Shown piece after piece: positions 27,949 through 37,897 of a stretch of 62,451 nt of DNA. Origin of the DNA: Candidatus Coatesbacteria bacterium (GTDB lineage: Bacteria > RBG-13-66-14 > B26-G2 > WVWN01 > G020348885); assembly GCA_020348885.1 (NCBI GenBank), contig CP070755.1:1532196-1594646 (forward strand), given 5' to 3'. The number at the start of each line of letters is the position of its first letter. Position 1 is the first letter of the stretch. Under the pieces are notes generated by a model. That model was not told the DNA's origin and made no database searches. It worked only from the letters and a program-made list of their open reading frames with translations. A program made the translations under genes and the position numbers.

Positions 27949-30099
27949 GTGGGGAGGCTACTTATTGTGAGACCCGTTACCCTCTTAAGCGCGTGTTTTC
28001 TCGCGCTTTTTTCTATTGTACGCGCCGCATCCGTAGAAACTCAAAGCGATTGGTCCGGCGGCGGAGGAGTACTCGGTCCGGTTACGGAATGGGGCAACGA
28101 GTTCCACTCGTCCACTAACGTCAGTTGGTTTTCCTACCCGGGCTTAATATACCTTAGTTCTCATCAGGCGGACTCGTTCGAGAAGCATAACGTAGCCAGC
28201 GGCGTTGATAAACCTATGTGGATACGAACAACGGACATAGACAACGATAAAGATGCCGATATCGTCGTCGCGACTTACGAAGGGAACAGGATACGGTGTT
28301 ATATTAATGAAGGGTACGGCAAATCGTGGTCTCCTGCTTCGATACTAAACGATTTCAAAGGCGCTTATAAAGTTTGCCCCGGCGATTTCGACCACGACGG
28401 CGATACCGACTTGGCGGCGACCGGGATTACCAACGGTGAAATAGTCTGGGCCGAAAACGTCGACGGCGACGGTTTATTATGGGAAAAACATACGATATCC
28501 GCCGATTACGAATACCCGGTTTCGCTCTGGGTTGCCGAAGTAACCGGGGATTGTTTACCGGACGTCTTGACGTCGTCCCATATATTGGACGAAGTAACCT
28601 TGTGGGAGAACGATCGTTCGGGTAATGTGTGGATAAAACGTACAATCGACGACGAAATCACGACGCCGGTCTGGGTGCGCGCCGGTGATATGGACGGCGA
28701 CGGCGACCTCGACGTCGTAGTATGCAACAATATTATCGGGAGCGCATACGGTTACATAGCGCTGTACGAAAATGAAGACGGTTCCGGCGAAACGTGGGCT
28801 AAGCGATTAGTCGGGGAACCATCCATCGCCGGAAGGAGATATACCAACCTGGTCGACGTCGAGGGCGACGGCGATCTGGATATTATCGTCGCCGTCGGCA
28901 GTAGTATAATTCTCTACAAAAACACCGACGGATCCGGTAAAAATTGGTTTATATACGTTATAAAATCGCATTATACCGGTCTTCGTCCTTTATACGCCTC
29001 CGACGTCGATGAAGATAACGATTTTGACGTCATAACCGGAAACAGTCTCGATAACGAGGTCCGCTGGTGGGAAAACCGGGGAGGAAGTATTTTTACCGAA
29101 TGGTCATATTATAGAATCTGCGATAGTTACGATACGACTTCCGGTATCGACACCGGCGATATAGACGGTAATTACGATTTCGAAATCGTGGCGAGCGATA
29201 TTCTCGGCCGCGAAATAAGTTGGTGGGACGTTACCGAGTTCGAAACCGACGGTACCCTGGAGTCCTCCATATTGGATACCGAGGTACACCCGTACTGGGG
29301 TTATATATCCTGGGAGCCCGGAGGGCTCCCCGTAAACGGCTTTACTGAGTTTTTCGTGCGTTCGTCCAACGACCCGGAAGATATGGGCGAATGGTTTCAG
29401 ATTGGCGACGCACAGAACGTTTTTTTAGGAGATTATCTCGAAGACCATACGCGTTACTTCCAATACAAAGTAGCGTTGACCCACGGTTTCGGTACCCCCG
29501 CCGTCTCCGAAATAAGGGTAACGTGGTTCCCGGCTACGGGCGTAGGCGACTGTGATTTCGACGCGGTTTCCGAAGCGGAGGGTATCGCCCTCACCTGGGA
29601 ACGAGGAAGCGTCGATTACGCCGGATACAATTTGTTACGATCCGCCGCTCACGACGGTTTATCCGCGGCTCCCGAGAAAATCAACGCGGGGTTAATAACG
29701 GGGGCGCCCCCGCATCGGTTCCTTGACAGCGAAGTGTCCGAAGGCACGACTTACGAGTATTGGTTGGAAGCGGTGGACGCCGGTGGTGGTGCGGAAACCT
29801 GGGGGCCCGTAGCGTGTACGTGGGGCGGGGACGTACCCCTTACTTATGCGTTATACCAGTCCCGGCCGAACCCGGCCCGCGGCGGAACCACCACAATCGC
29901 GTTCGACCTGCCGGCGGAAACGAAAGTAACGTTGAACGTTTACGACATCAGCGGACGGAAAGTCGCGACGCCGGTGAACGCGTTCTTAACGGCCGGTAAC
30001 CACACGGCGGAGGTTTCGGGGCTGGCGTCCGGGGTTTACGTCTATCGAATGAAAACGGACGAGTTCGCCGGCGTACGGAAAATGGTGATACTCGAATAA
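27949..30099 (+). CDS. Secreted FG-GAP repeat protein with Fn3-like domain and T9SS type A-like CTD
   Basis: Signal peptide; GD.D.DGD.D repeats; GTLESSILD segment; C-terminal LYQSRPNPA...VYDISGRKV...GVYVYRM...KMVILE. Confidence 0.87.
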   Translation: MGRLLIVRPVTLLSACFLALFSIVRAASVETQSDWSGGGGVLGPVTEWGNEFHSSTNVSWFSYPGLIYLSSHQADSFEKHNVASGVDKPMWIRTTDIDNDKDADIVVATYEGNRIRCYINEGYGKSWSPASILNDFKGAYKVCPGDFDHDGDTDLAATGITNGEIVWAENVDGDGLLWEKHTISADYEYPVSLWVAEVTGDCLPDVLTSSHILDEVTLWENDRSGNVWIKRTIDDEITTPVWVRAGDMDGDGDLDVVVCNNIIGSAYGYIALYENEDGSGETWAKRLVGEPSIAGRRYTNLVDVEGDGDLDIIVAVGSSIILYKNTDGSGKNWFIYVIKSHYTGLRPLYASDVDEDNDFDVITGNSLDNEVRWWENRGGSIFTEWSYYRICDSYDTTSGIDTGDIDGNYDFEIVASDILGREISWWDVTEFETDGTLESSILDTEVHPYWGYISWEPGGLPVNGFTEFFVRSSNDPEDMGEWFQIGDAQNVFLGDYLEDHTRYFQYKVALTHGFGTPAVSEIRVTWFPATGVGDCDFDAVSEAEGIALTWERGSVDYAGYNLLRSAAHDGLSAAPEKINAGLITGAPPHRFLDSEVSEGTTYEYWLEAVDAGGGAETWGPVACTWGGDVPLTYALYQSRPNPARGGTTTIAFDLPAETKVTLNVYDISGRKVATPVNAFLTAGNHTAEVSGLASGVYVYRMKTDEFAGVRKMVILE

Positions 30100-30164
30100 C
30101 CCTCCCCCGAAGTAAACCCTTTCCTCGGTCAACGAAAAAACCGGTTTTTACGCTAACTTACACT

Positions 30165-30227
30165 AAAAAGGCGACCCCCTCGGGTCGCCTTTCGTTGGTT
30201 CGTTTGACCGTTTTACTGCGCGAAACC
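30165..30227 (-). terminator. Intrinsic terminator plus gene end, 63 bp repeat with 31558-31620
   Basis: AAAAAGGCGACCC-nct-CGGGTCGCCTTT hairpin; the two copies differ at one base by manual alignment. Confidence 0.75.
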
Positions 30228-31421
30228 CGCCTTGATGAAGCCGAAGGATTTTTCGACTATGTTAGTGTAACCTACGTCGAAGGTCCATTCGTCGGAAGCA
30301 GAGTTACCGGCGTTGTCGTAAGTCTCGGTTTCGACGGTGTACGTAGCGCCCTCTTCCCAGAAGTCGTCGGCCTCGAAGTCAACGATTACGTCGTATTCGT
30401 CAGCGTCGTCAATCGTAGTGGTGCCGGCGACAGGATCCATATCAGCGTCGTATACGTCGAAGGACGAAGCGTCCACGTCGATACCCGAGTTGGTTTCCGG
30501 GTCGCCGTCCTGCCAGTGGCAACCGGCCGTGTTCTCGGTAGGCGGTACGCCGCTCGGGTAGTCGGCGTCGTGGGGATACGTGTCGGTGATGGTCGGGTCT
30601 TCCTCGTCGGGCTCTCCGCCGCCGAACCAGTCGTAAATGGCCTGGATTACGTCGTCGAAGTTCGTCGTGTCCGAAGCCAGCTCGAAAGTAGAGAACAGGC
30701 CTTTCGTCGAGCCAGTGTCACAAGCTATGGCGAAGTTGTAGGAATAGCTGGGTTCGCCCGTGATGGCGACTTCGGACCTTTCCATCGGGTCCATGTCGTC
30801 GCAGAAGAAGTTGTTATCAGTAAACACGGCTGACGCGTAACCGGTACCGCTCAGGCCGTCCAAAGGCCCATAGCCGGTCCACGTGGTGCTGGCTACGTCC
30901 CAGAAAACGTCCTGCTCAATGTAATCTACCCCCATGTAGTCGTCGAACAACCCGTCGTTGGGCGTACCCCAATACGGCTGGTAACCGTAAATTAAGTCCT
31001 GGCCCACTATCAGAAGGTTTCCGCCGCCTTCGTCCATGTAATCGATTAACGCGCTGGCGTCCTCGGACTGGAAGTTCCGGGGGGCGGACCACCAGTTATC
31101 GGCCGTGAGTACGACTACTATCGGGTAATCGCTGGGGAGTAGCGGTTCGGGAAACGGAATCGGCTGATAGTCCGGAGCGGTTATTATCTCGGTTGTCGAA
31201 ACACCCGCGTTCAAGAACGCGTCTTCGTACTCGTCGGTAAGGTCCGGGAACGTCCCACCGGCGAAGTCCCCGGCAATTAGTACGTCGGCTTGCCTGTATT
31301 CCGCGAATAGATCGAAGAAACCCGACGGGTTAGCGTAAATGCCGGCCCCGATCCTCGACGTATCCTGCGCTACCGCCGATACTACGAGAACCGAAAGGGA
31401 TAAAACCAATACCCACCTCAT
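30213..31421 (-). CDS. Secreted protein: alpha/beta (GATase/flavodoxin-like) N domain + Big_5-like domain + SFGxIKA tail
   Basis: Signal peptide; VLIAGD...PIVVVLT...LIDYMDEGGGNLLIVGQD; DP.ITDTYP...TYTVE..DNAGN...WTF; ends KSFGFIKAGFAQ. Confidence 0.8.
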   Translation of the reverse strand: MRWVLVLSLSVLVVSAVAQDTSRIGAGIYANPSGFFDLFAEYRQADVLIAGDFAGGTFPDLTDEYEDAFLNAGVSTTEIITAPDYQPIPFPEPLLPSDYPIVVVLTADNWWSAPRNFQSEDASALIDYMDEGGGNLLIVGQDLIYGYQPYWGTPNDGLFDDYMGVDYIEQDVFWDVASTTWTGYGPLDGLSGTGYASAVFTDNNFFCDDMDPMERSEVAITGEPSYSYNFAIACDTGSTKGLFSTFELASDTTNFDDVIQAIYDWFGGGEPDEEDPTITDTYPHDADYPSGVPPTENTAGCHWQDGDPETNSGIDVDASSFDVYDADMDPVAGTTTIDDADEYDVIVDFEADDFWEEGATYTVETETYDNAGNSASDEWTFDVGYTNIVEKSFGFIKAGFAQ

Positions 31422-31491
31422 ATCTACTACCTCCTTCGTGTTTAGTAAATCGGCCCTGTTTCCTTTTATACCTCTGTAAAGACACTCAACG

Positions 31492-31519
31492 ATTATAGCT
31501 GAAACCGGGAAATAGTCAA
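31492..31519 (-). promoter_or_regulatory. Putative sigma70 promoter
   Basis: TTGACT-N16-TATAAT upstream of the 31421 start. Confidence 0.5.
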
Positions 31520-31557
31520 TATATTTCTCGTGATTATACCCGTTACCGCCGCCGATA

Positions 31558-31620
31558 AAAAAGGCGACCCTCTCGGGTCGCCTTTCGTTGGTTCGTTTGA
31601 CCGTTTTACTGCGCGAAACC
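31558..31620 (-). terminator. Intrinsic terminator plus gene end (copy of 30165-30227)
   Basis: Same hairpin followed by a U-tract on the minus strand. Confidence 0.75.
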
Positions 31621-32754
31621 GGCCTTGATAACGCCTACCGAAGAAGGTGTGATGTTCATGTAACCCGTGGTGAAGTCCCAGGTCTCGGTGGTGTTATTGC
31701 CGGCCAGGTCTTCCGCGTAGGTTTCGACCGTGTACGTTTCGCCCTCGTTGAGGTCGTCGTCCGGCTCGAAGTCAACGATTACGTCGAAGAGGTCGGTGTC
31801 ATCGACGGTGAGTATGCCGACCACCAGATCCATGTCGCCGTCGTAAAGGTCGAAGTACGAGTTGTCTACGTTAATACCCACGTCGGTTTCTTCCGGTTCG
31901 GTCCAGTGGCAACCGGCCAGGGTGTCAACCGGGACGCCGCTCGGGAAGTCGCCGTCCTGCGGGTACATATCGGTGATTACGGGCGGGTCTTCTTCCTGTA
32001 CGTCGCCGTAGAGGTTGAACATCATACCGTAACCCTTGGGGTCCCAGGACGTACCGGTCCACCCGTGCTGGGTCATACCACCGGACGTATGGTCGATGGT
32101 ATTGTCAGTCGGGCCGCCGTACGGCGTCGGGTTGGCGTAGAACTGCCCCCAGAACCACCAAACCTCGTCACCGGGGGCCCATGCCCAGCCGCCGCTTACG
32201 GCGTCTTCTACCCAGCCGCTGGTCTTGTAAACCGGGTAGTAGCCCCACAGATAGAAGTCGGCCGAACCGGTGCCTTCCATGTCGCCCCATTCATTGTAGT
32301 CAACGGCTTGGACGTCGGTTACGTAGCCCAGTCCGCCGTTACCGTCTTCCACGTCGTCGTGCCAGCCGGGGTTGGAGCCGTACTCGTACGGTTCATAAGT
32401 CGCCGGGTTGGAGCCGCCGTCGTCGGCAACACAGTACCAGAAACCCCTCGTCGTATTCCAGCTGCCGTACCAGAGGCAGAACCATATGTCCCAGGAGGTT
32501 AACGCATAGGTCTCGTACTCTTCGTCGACCTGGAAGTTGTCGCTCGTTTTACCGTCGGTGCCCAGGCCTTCGTACCACATGGAACCGTACGCGGAGTTGC
32601 CGCCGGAGCCGTCGCTCTGCATGTAAATCTGCTCCTCGCGCGTAAACGTATCGCTCGGGCTACCGATAGTAATACCACTGCCCGTAACCATATCGGGCGC
32701 AACGGCGAACGCCGTCGAAACTACCAACAAGGATGCCAAGAAGTACCTCATCAT
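31606..32754 (-). CDS. Secreted family X protein
   Basis: Signal peptide; SDNFQVD, PATYEPYEYGSNPGWHDDVEDGNGGLGYVTD, Big_5-like domain; ends SSVGVIKAGFAQ. Confidence 0.87.
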   Translation of the reverse strand: MMRYFLASLLVVSTAFAVAPDMVTGSGITIGSPSDTFTREEQIYMQSDGSGGNSAYGSMWYEGLGTDGKTSDNFQVDEEYETYALTSWDIWFCLWYGSWNTTRGFWYCVADDGGSNPATYEPYEYGSNPGWHDDVEDGNGGLGYVTDVQAVDYNEWGDMEGTGSADFYLWGYYPVYKTSGWVEDAVSGGWAWAPGDEVWWFWGQFYANPTPYGGPTDNTIDHTSGGMTQHGWTGTSWDPKGYGMMFNLYGDVQEEDPPVITDMYPQDGDFPSGVPVDTLAGCHWTEPEETDVGINVDNSYFDLYDGDMDLVVGILTVDDTDLFDVIVDFEPDDDLNEGETYTVETYAEDLAGNNTTETWDFTTGYMNITPSSVGVIKAGFAQ

Positions 32755-32824
32755 CTTACACCTCTCCTTTCATCAGTTAACCGATGCTCTAATTTAGCCA
32801 CTAAATCGGTATTTAACGAATATA

Positions 32825-32853
32825 TATATACCACTTACTAAACCCCCCGTCAA
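32825..32853 (-). promoter_or_regulatory. Putative sigma70 promoter
   Basis: TTGACG-N17-TATATA with TG extension. Confidence 0.55.
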
Positions 32854-33023
32854 GTCTTTTTTTTAGTTCGGCGTCCTTTTTTTTTCGGCTCTTAAAGACC
32901 GTTAAAGACTTATTATACGGCCATTAATTCCGGCACGAACCGCGCCCGTTCACGCGATTAAACCGCAAAACCGCCCGTTTCTACGGGCGGTGATTAACGT
33001 CCCAAACGTTTACTCCGGACCTT

Positions 33024-34013
33024 CTATTCCGGCTCTTCTTCACGGTCTTCGGAACTGAACATCATAATCTTCGATTTACCCTTCTGGTAAAGGGTTTTAA
33101 ATTTCCGGCCCATCAGTACCGGGTTTACCGATTCGGCCGCGACGCTCGGCCCTTCGCCGAAACCGAACTTCTCCTCCACGCGGCGCGCAGTATCCAACCA
33201 GAAAACGATGTCCTCGTCCCGGCCTTTCACGTCCACGTCCGGCAAAACCGCTTCGTACTCTTCGGTCCCGGCGAGGGATTCAAGCCCGGCCTCATAGGGT
33301 ATTATCTCCGCCGTTTTGCGCGCGTCGAAGAAACCCAGACGCACCACGTACAGCGAGCCGGACACGTCGAATACGTAATCGAACTCCGGCGTAATCCGTT
33401 CGACTGTAACCTCGCCCGGGTCCACGCCCAGGTCCTTCGCGAGTAAATACATGGCCAACGGTTTATTGGACTCGTACGGCGAGATGCCCTGGCGGAAAGC
33501 GCGCAAGAAACCCTGGTCCGTCGACGCCGGGACCACCGACGAATAGTACTCGAGGTACTCGTCCATCGTATCGAAGAAAAACACTTCCCGCATCTCATCT
33601 ATCGGCGGCGGCTCGAAATGGTACTTCCCGTCTTCCCCCTTTTCAGCGTACGACGCCATTATTTCGCCGCCGGGCGGTATCCTTTCTTTAATGGCGTCGA
33701 AGTCCTCCGGCTCTCCCTCGCCGCGGTACAGGGTTATCGAGTAGAACTTTTCCTCGCCGTCCAGCGACGCAAGCTCCATCACGTCTACCAATACCCGCTC
33801 GCTTTTGCCGAACTTTACGAGGTTCTGAGCGGACGCGCGGCCGTACGTGGCGTGGTACGAGGCGACCATCGCGAGTTTCGCGGCGGTTTCCTCGTCTATC
33901 GCCAGGACCTCTCCTTCCTCTCCGCCGGCGGGCGTAACGTCCGAGGGGAACGCGTAAATAGGCATGAACGCCAACATAATCGCGACGCAACTCATTATTC
34001 TCATTACAACCAC
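33024..34013 (-). CDS. Secreted acidic hypothetical protein embedded in the family X array
   Basis: Signal peptide (likely start MRIMSC); unrelated to its neighbours; no SLGxIKA tail. Confidence 0.7.
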   Translation of the reverse strand: MVVMRIMSCVAIMLAFMPIYAFPSDVTPAGGEEGEVLAIDEETAAKLAMVASYHATYGRASAQNLVKFGKSERVLVDVMELASLDGEEKFYSITLYRGEGEPEDFDAIKERIPPGGEIMASYAEKGEDGKYHFEPPPIDEMREVFFFDTMDEYLEYYSSVVPASTDQGFLRAFRQGISPYESNKPLAMYLLAKDLGVDPGEVTVERITPEFDYVFDVSGSLYVVRLGFFDARKTAEIIPYEAGLESLAGTEEYEAVLPDVDVKGRDEDIVFWLDTARRVEEKFGFGEGPSVAAESVNPVLMGRKFKTLYQKGKSKIMMFSSEDREEEPE

Positions 34014-34185
34014 TCCGTTTTATGCTTGTCCGCTGTTGTTTTATCGGCCGTCCGCAATCGCGGCCGGTAACGTTCAGATAAAAATACACCGGCCCGGGTT
34101 TAAATTCAAGGGAAAACAATCCCCCACCCGCCGGAAGAGTAAGGGGCGAGTCTTTGCCCGACCCGCGTAGTCTAACGCTCCGCTT

Positions 34186-34213
34186 AAAAAAGCGGCCCGA
34201 GCGAGCCGCTTTT
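34186..34213 (-). terminator. Intrinsic terminator of the four-gene family X operon
   Basis: AAAAAGCGGC-CCGAGCGA-GCCGCTTTT. Confidence 0.7.
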
Positions 34214-34236
34214 ATTCGTAAAAAACGCTTATACGC

Positions 34237-35406
34237 CTATTCGGCGAACCGGGCCTTAATGCCGCCCAACGACTCGGGCGTTATGTTTACGTAACCGGTG
34301 GTGAAGTCCCAGGTCTCGATGGCGTGGTTGCCGGCGTAGTCCTCGGCGTAGGTTTCGACCGTGTACGTCTCGCTCTCGTTGAGGTACACGTCCGGCTCGA
34401 AGTCAACGATTACGTCATATATATCGGTATCGTCGACGTATAGAGTACCGTTAACCTCGTCCATATTACCGTCGTACAAGTTGAACGTCGAAGCGCCGAC
34501 GTTAATACCCGTGTCTTCGGGTTCCGGTTCGGTCCAATGGCAGCCGGCCCACGTATCTACGGGTACCCCGCTCTCGTAATCCGCGTCCTGCGGATACATA
34601 TCCGTGATAACCGGAGGGGGTCAACCTCAAACGGTACCGTAGAGGTTGAACATCATAGGGTAGTCCTTGGGGTCCCAGGACGTACCGGTCCACCCGTGTT
34701 GGACCATGCCGCCGGCCGTGTGGTCAACGGTGTTGTCCGTCGGGCCGCCGTACGGAGCAGTATTGGCGTAGAACTGTACCCACAACCACCAAATATCGGT
34801 ATAGCCGGCGGACCAATACCAACCGCCGGATACGGCATCGTCTATGGCTGCGCTTGTTTTATAAACAGGGTAGACGCCCCACAAGTAGAAGTCGGCCGAA
34901 CCGGTGCCGGTGATATCGTCCCACTCCCAGTAGTCGACGGCGGCGGTGTCGGTTACGTAACCCAATCCGCCGTTACCGGCCGCTACGTCGTCGTGCCAGC
35001 CGGGGTTGGAGCCGTATTCGTACGGTTCGTAAGTCGCCGGCGTCGTAACACCGTCCGCGGCGATACAGGCCCAGCAACCCATTGACGTGTCCCAGCTACC
35101 GTACCAGAGGCAGAACCATTCTTCCCAGGAGGATAAGCCATAGGCGTAGTAATCTTCATCGACCTGGAAGTTGTCGGCCGTTTTACCGTCGGTGCCAAGA
35201 CCTTCATACCACATGGAACCGTACGCGGAGCTGCCACCGGACCCGTCGCTCTGCATGTAAATCAGTTCGTCGCGCGTATCCGTCGCGCTGGGTCCGCCTG
35301 TGGTGATACCGCTACCCGTTATCCTATCGGGCGAAACGGCGAAGGCTTCACCGTAAACCGAAATAGCTACCGAAATAACTACCAAAATATATACAAACTC
35401 CCTCAT
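34237..35406 (-). pseudogene. Family X paralogue split by two in-frame TGA codons (ORFs 34627-35406 and 34237-34599)
   Basis: Both ORFs are in one frame. The junction reads YGTV-TGA-G-TGA-PPPVITDMYPQD where the intact paralogue at 31606 has YGDVQEEDPPVITDMYPQD. Ends ESLGGIKARFAE. Confidence 0.85.
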
Positions 35407-35459
35407 AATTCCCTCCTCTCGAGAAACGCGTATATCAACACTCTTTCGCGCCGCGCCGT

Positions 35460-36617
35460 TTACTCGGCGAACCGGGCTTTAATCCCGCCGAACGATTCGG
35501 GCGTTATGTTTACGTAACCGGTGGAAAACTGCCAGCTTTCGGTAGCCGAATTACCGGCCAGATCCTCGGCGTAAACCTCGACCGTATAGGTCTCCCCCTC
35601 GTTGAGGTCTAATCCCGGTTCGAAATCGGTAGTTATGTCGTGTAAATCGCTATCGTCCACGTACAGCGTACCGTCGACCGGGTCCATGTTCTCGTCATAA
35701 AGGTCGAATGTGATATCCGCTACATTGACACCACTGTCCTCGTCCGTTATGCGGCAACCGGCCCACGTATCCACCGGTACGCCGCACGGGAAGTCCTCGT
35801 CGTGGGGGTAGGTATCGGCGATGACCGGCGGGATATCTTCGCCCGGCTCGCCGTAGAGGTTGAACATCATACCTTGGGACGAGGGGTCCCAGTCCGTACC
35901 GGTCGCGTGCCGGACCATGCCCGGGGATATGACGTCGACGGTGTTATCCGTCGGGCCGCCGTACGGACCGGGGTTGGCGTAGAACTGAACGCACCACCAG
36001 TAAACGTCGGTATCGGGGATATACCACGCCCAGGGGCCGTCGTCGCATACGACGTCTTCTATGCGCGCGCCGGTCTTGTAAACCGGGTAGTAGCCCCACA
36101 GGTAGAAGTCGGCCGAACCGGTGCCGGTGATATCTTCCCACTCCCAGTAGTCAACGGCGACGGTGTCGGTAACGTAATCCAATCCGCCGTTACCGTCTGC
36201 CACGTGGTCATGCCAACCCGGGTTTTCGCCGTACTCGTACGGTTCGTAGGTGGCCGGTTCCGTACCGCCGTCTTCGAAAATTACGCACCAGCAGCCCATC
36301 GACGTGTTCCAGTTCCCGTACCAGAGGCATATCCACTCTTCCCAGGCGGTCAAGGCGTACCCGTCAAATGAGGTTTCAACCTGGAAGTTGTCAGCCACTT
36401 TCACGTCGCCACCGGGCCCGTAGAACCCACCCAACGCGGAGTTGCCGCCGGACCCGTGACTCTGATAGAATATCGTATCGTCGCGGGTATCGGTCGCGCT
36501 GGGTCCGCCTGTGGTGATACCGCTGCCGGTAACCATATCGGGCGAAACGGCGAAGGCTTCACCGCAACCCGAAATCGCTACGGAAATAACTGCCATAACA
36601 TATACAAACTCCCTCAT
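35460..36617 (-). CDS. Secreted family X protein
   Basis: Paralogue motifs as above; ends ESFGGIKARFAE. Confidence 0.88.
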   Translation of the reverse strand: MREFVYVMAVISVAISGCGEAFAVSPDMVTGSGITTGGPSATDTRDDTIFYQSHGSGGNSALGGFYGPGGDVKVADNFQVETSFDGYALTAWEEWICLWYGNWNTSMGCWCVIFEDGGTEPATYEPYEYGENPGWHDHVADGNGGLDYVTDTVAVDYWEWEDITGTGSADFYLWGYYPVYKTGARIEDVVCDDGPWAWYIPDTDVYWWCVQFYANPGPYGGPTDNTVDVISPGMVRHATGTDWDPSSQGMMFNLYGEPGEDIPPVIADTYPHDEDFPCGVPVDTWAGCRITDEDSGVNVADITFDLYDENMDPVDGTLYVDDSDLHDITTDFEPGLDLNEGETYTVEVYAEDLAGNSATESWQFSTGYVNITPESFGGIKARFAE

Positions 36618-36669
36618 AATCCCTCCTCTCGGGAAACGCGTATATCAACGCTCTTTCCCGCCGCGCCGT

Positions 36670-37845
36670 CTATTCGGCGAACCGGGCCTTGATACCGCCG
36701 AGGGACTCGGGCGTTATGTTTACGTAACCGGTGGTAAATTGCCAGCTTTCGGTAGCCGAATTACCGGCGAGGTCCTCGGCGAAGGTTTCGACCGTGTACG
36801 TTTCGCCCTCGTTGAGGTCGTCGTCCGGCTCGAAGTCAACGATTACGTCCCAGAGGTCCGTGTCATCGACGGTGAGCATGCCGAGCACCAGGTCCATGTT
36901 ACTGTCGTACAGATCGAAGGTGGAGTTGCTTACGTTAATACCCGTGTCGTCGGGATCCGGTTCGGTCCAGTGGCAGCCGGCCAGGGTGTCAACCGGAACG
37001 CCGCTCGGGTAATCGCCGTCCTGCGGGTACATATCGGTGATTTCGGGCGGGATATCTTCGCCCGGCTCACCGTAGAGGTTAAACATCATCGGGTAGGGCT
37101 TGGGGTCCCAGGACGTACCGGTCCAGCCGAACTGGACCAAGCCCGGGGGTATGACGTCGACGGTGTTATCGGTCGGACCGCCGTAAGGAGCGGGGTCGGC
37201 GTAGAACTGTACGCACCACCAGTAAATATCGGACGAGGGGATAGCCCATGCCCAAGGGCCGTCGTCGCATACGACGTCTTCTATGCGCGCACCGGTTTTG
37301 TAAACCGGGTAGTAACCCCACAGGTAGAAGTCGACCGAGCCTGTACCGGTGACGTCGTCCCACTCCCAGTAGTCAACGGCGACGGTATCGGTAACGTAAT
37401 CCAATCCGCCGTTACCGTCTGCCACGTCGTCGTGCCAACCCGGGTTCTCACCGTACTCGTAAGGTTCGTAGGTAGCCGGCGTCGTGCCGCCGTCTTCGAA
37501 GATTACGCACCAGCAACCTTTCGACGAATCCCAGGTACCGTACCAGAGGCACATCCACTCGTCCCAGGCGGTCAAGACGTACCCGTCAAATGCGGTTTCG
37601 ACCTGGAAGTTGTCGGCGGCTTTCCCGTCGGTACCCAGGGCTTCGTACCACATAGAACCCCACGCAGAGTTGCCGCCGGGGCCATGACTCTGGTAGAATA
37701 TCATATCCTCTCGCGTATCCGTCGCACCGGGGCCGCCTGTGGTGATACCGCTGCCGGTAACCATATCGGGCGATACGGCGAAGGCTTCACCGTAACCGGA
37801 AAACGCTACCGAAATAACTACCAAAATATATACAAACTCTTTCAT
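36670..37845 (-). CDS. Secreted family X protein
   Basis: Paralogue motifs as above; ends ESLGGIKARFAE. Confidence 0.88.
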   Translation of the reverse strand: MKEFVYILVVISVAFSGYGEAFAVSPDMVTGSGITTGGPGATDTREDMIFYQSHGPGGNSAWGSMWYEALGTDGKAADNFQVETAFDGYVLTAWDEWMCLWYGTWDSSKGCWCVIFEDGGTTPATYEPYEYGENPGWHDDVADGNGGLDYVTDTVAVDYWEWDDVTGTGSVDFYLWGYYPVYKTGARIEDVVCDDGPWAWAIPSSDIYWWCVQFYADPAPYGGPTDNTVDVIPPGLVQFGWTGTSWDPKPYPMMFNLYGEPGEDIPPEITDMYPQDGDYPSGVPVDTLAGCHWTEPDPDDTGINVSNSTFDLYDSNMDLVLGMLTVDDTDLWDVIVDFEPDDDLNEGETYTVETFAEDLAGNSATESWQFTTGYVNITPESLGGIKARFAE

Positions 37846-37897
37846 AATCCCTCCTCTCGGGAAACGCGTATGTCAACGCTCTTTCGCGCCGCGCCGT
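37846..37897 (-). repeat. 52-53 bp conserved intergenic unit (also 36618-36669 and 35407-35459)
   Basis: AATCCCTCCTCTCGGGAAACGCGTATRTCAACGCTCTTTCSCGCCGCGCCGT on the plus strand; carries the GAGAGGAGGG RBS of each downstream paralogue. Confidence 0.9.

Noticed and set aside
34621-34629. Selenocysteine recoding of TGA-GGT-TGA
   Set aside because: Paralogues have Q/E/D, not Cys, at these positions; no SECIS-like hairpin or sel genes were recognised; a +1/-1 indel pair explains the sequence.
35407-37897. CRISPR-like array from the 52 bp repeats
   Set aside because: The repeats are about 1.2 kb apart, separated by full paralogous genes, and contain the RBS; there are no cas genes.
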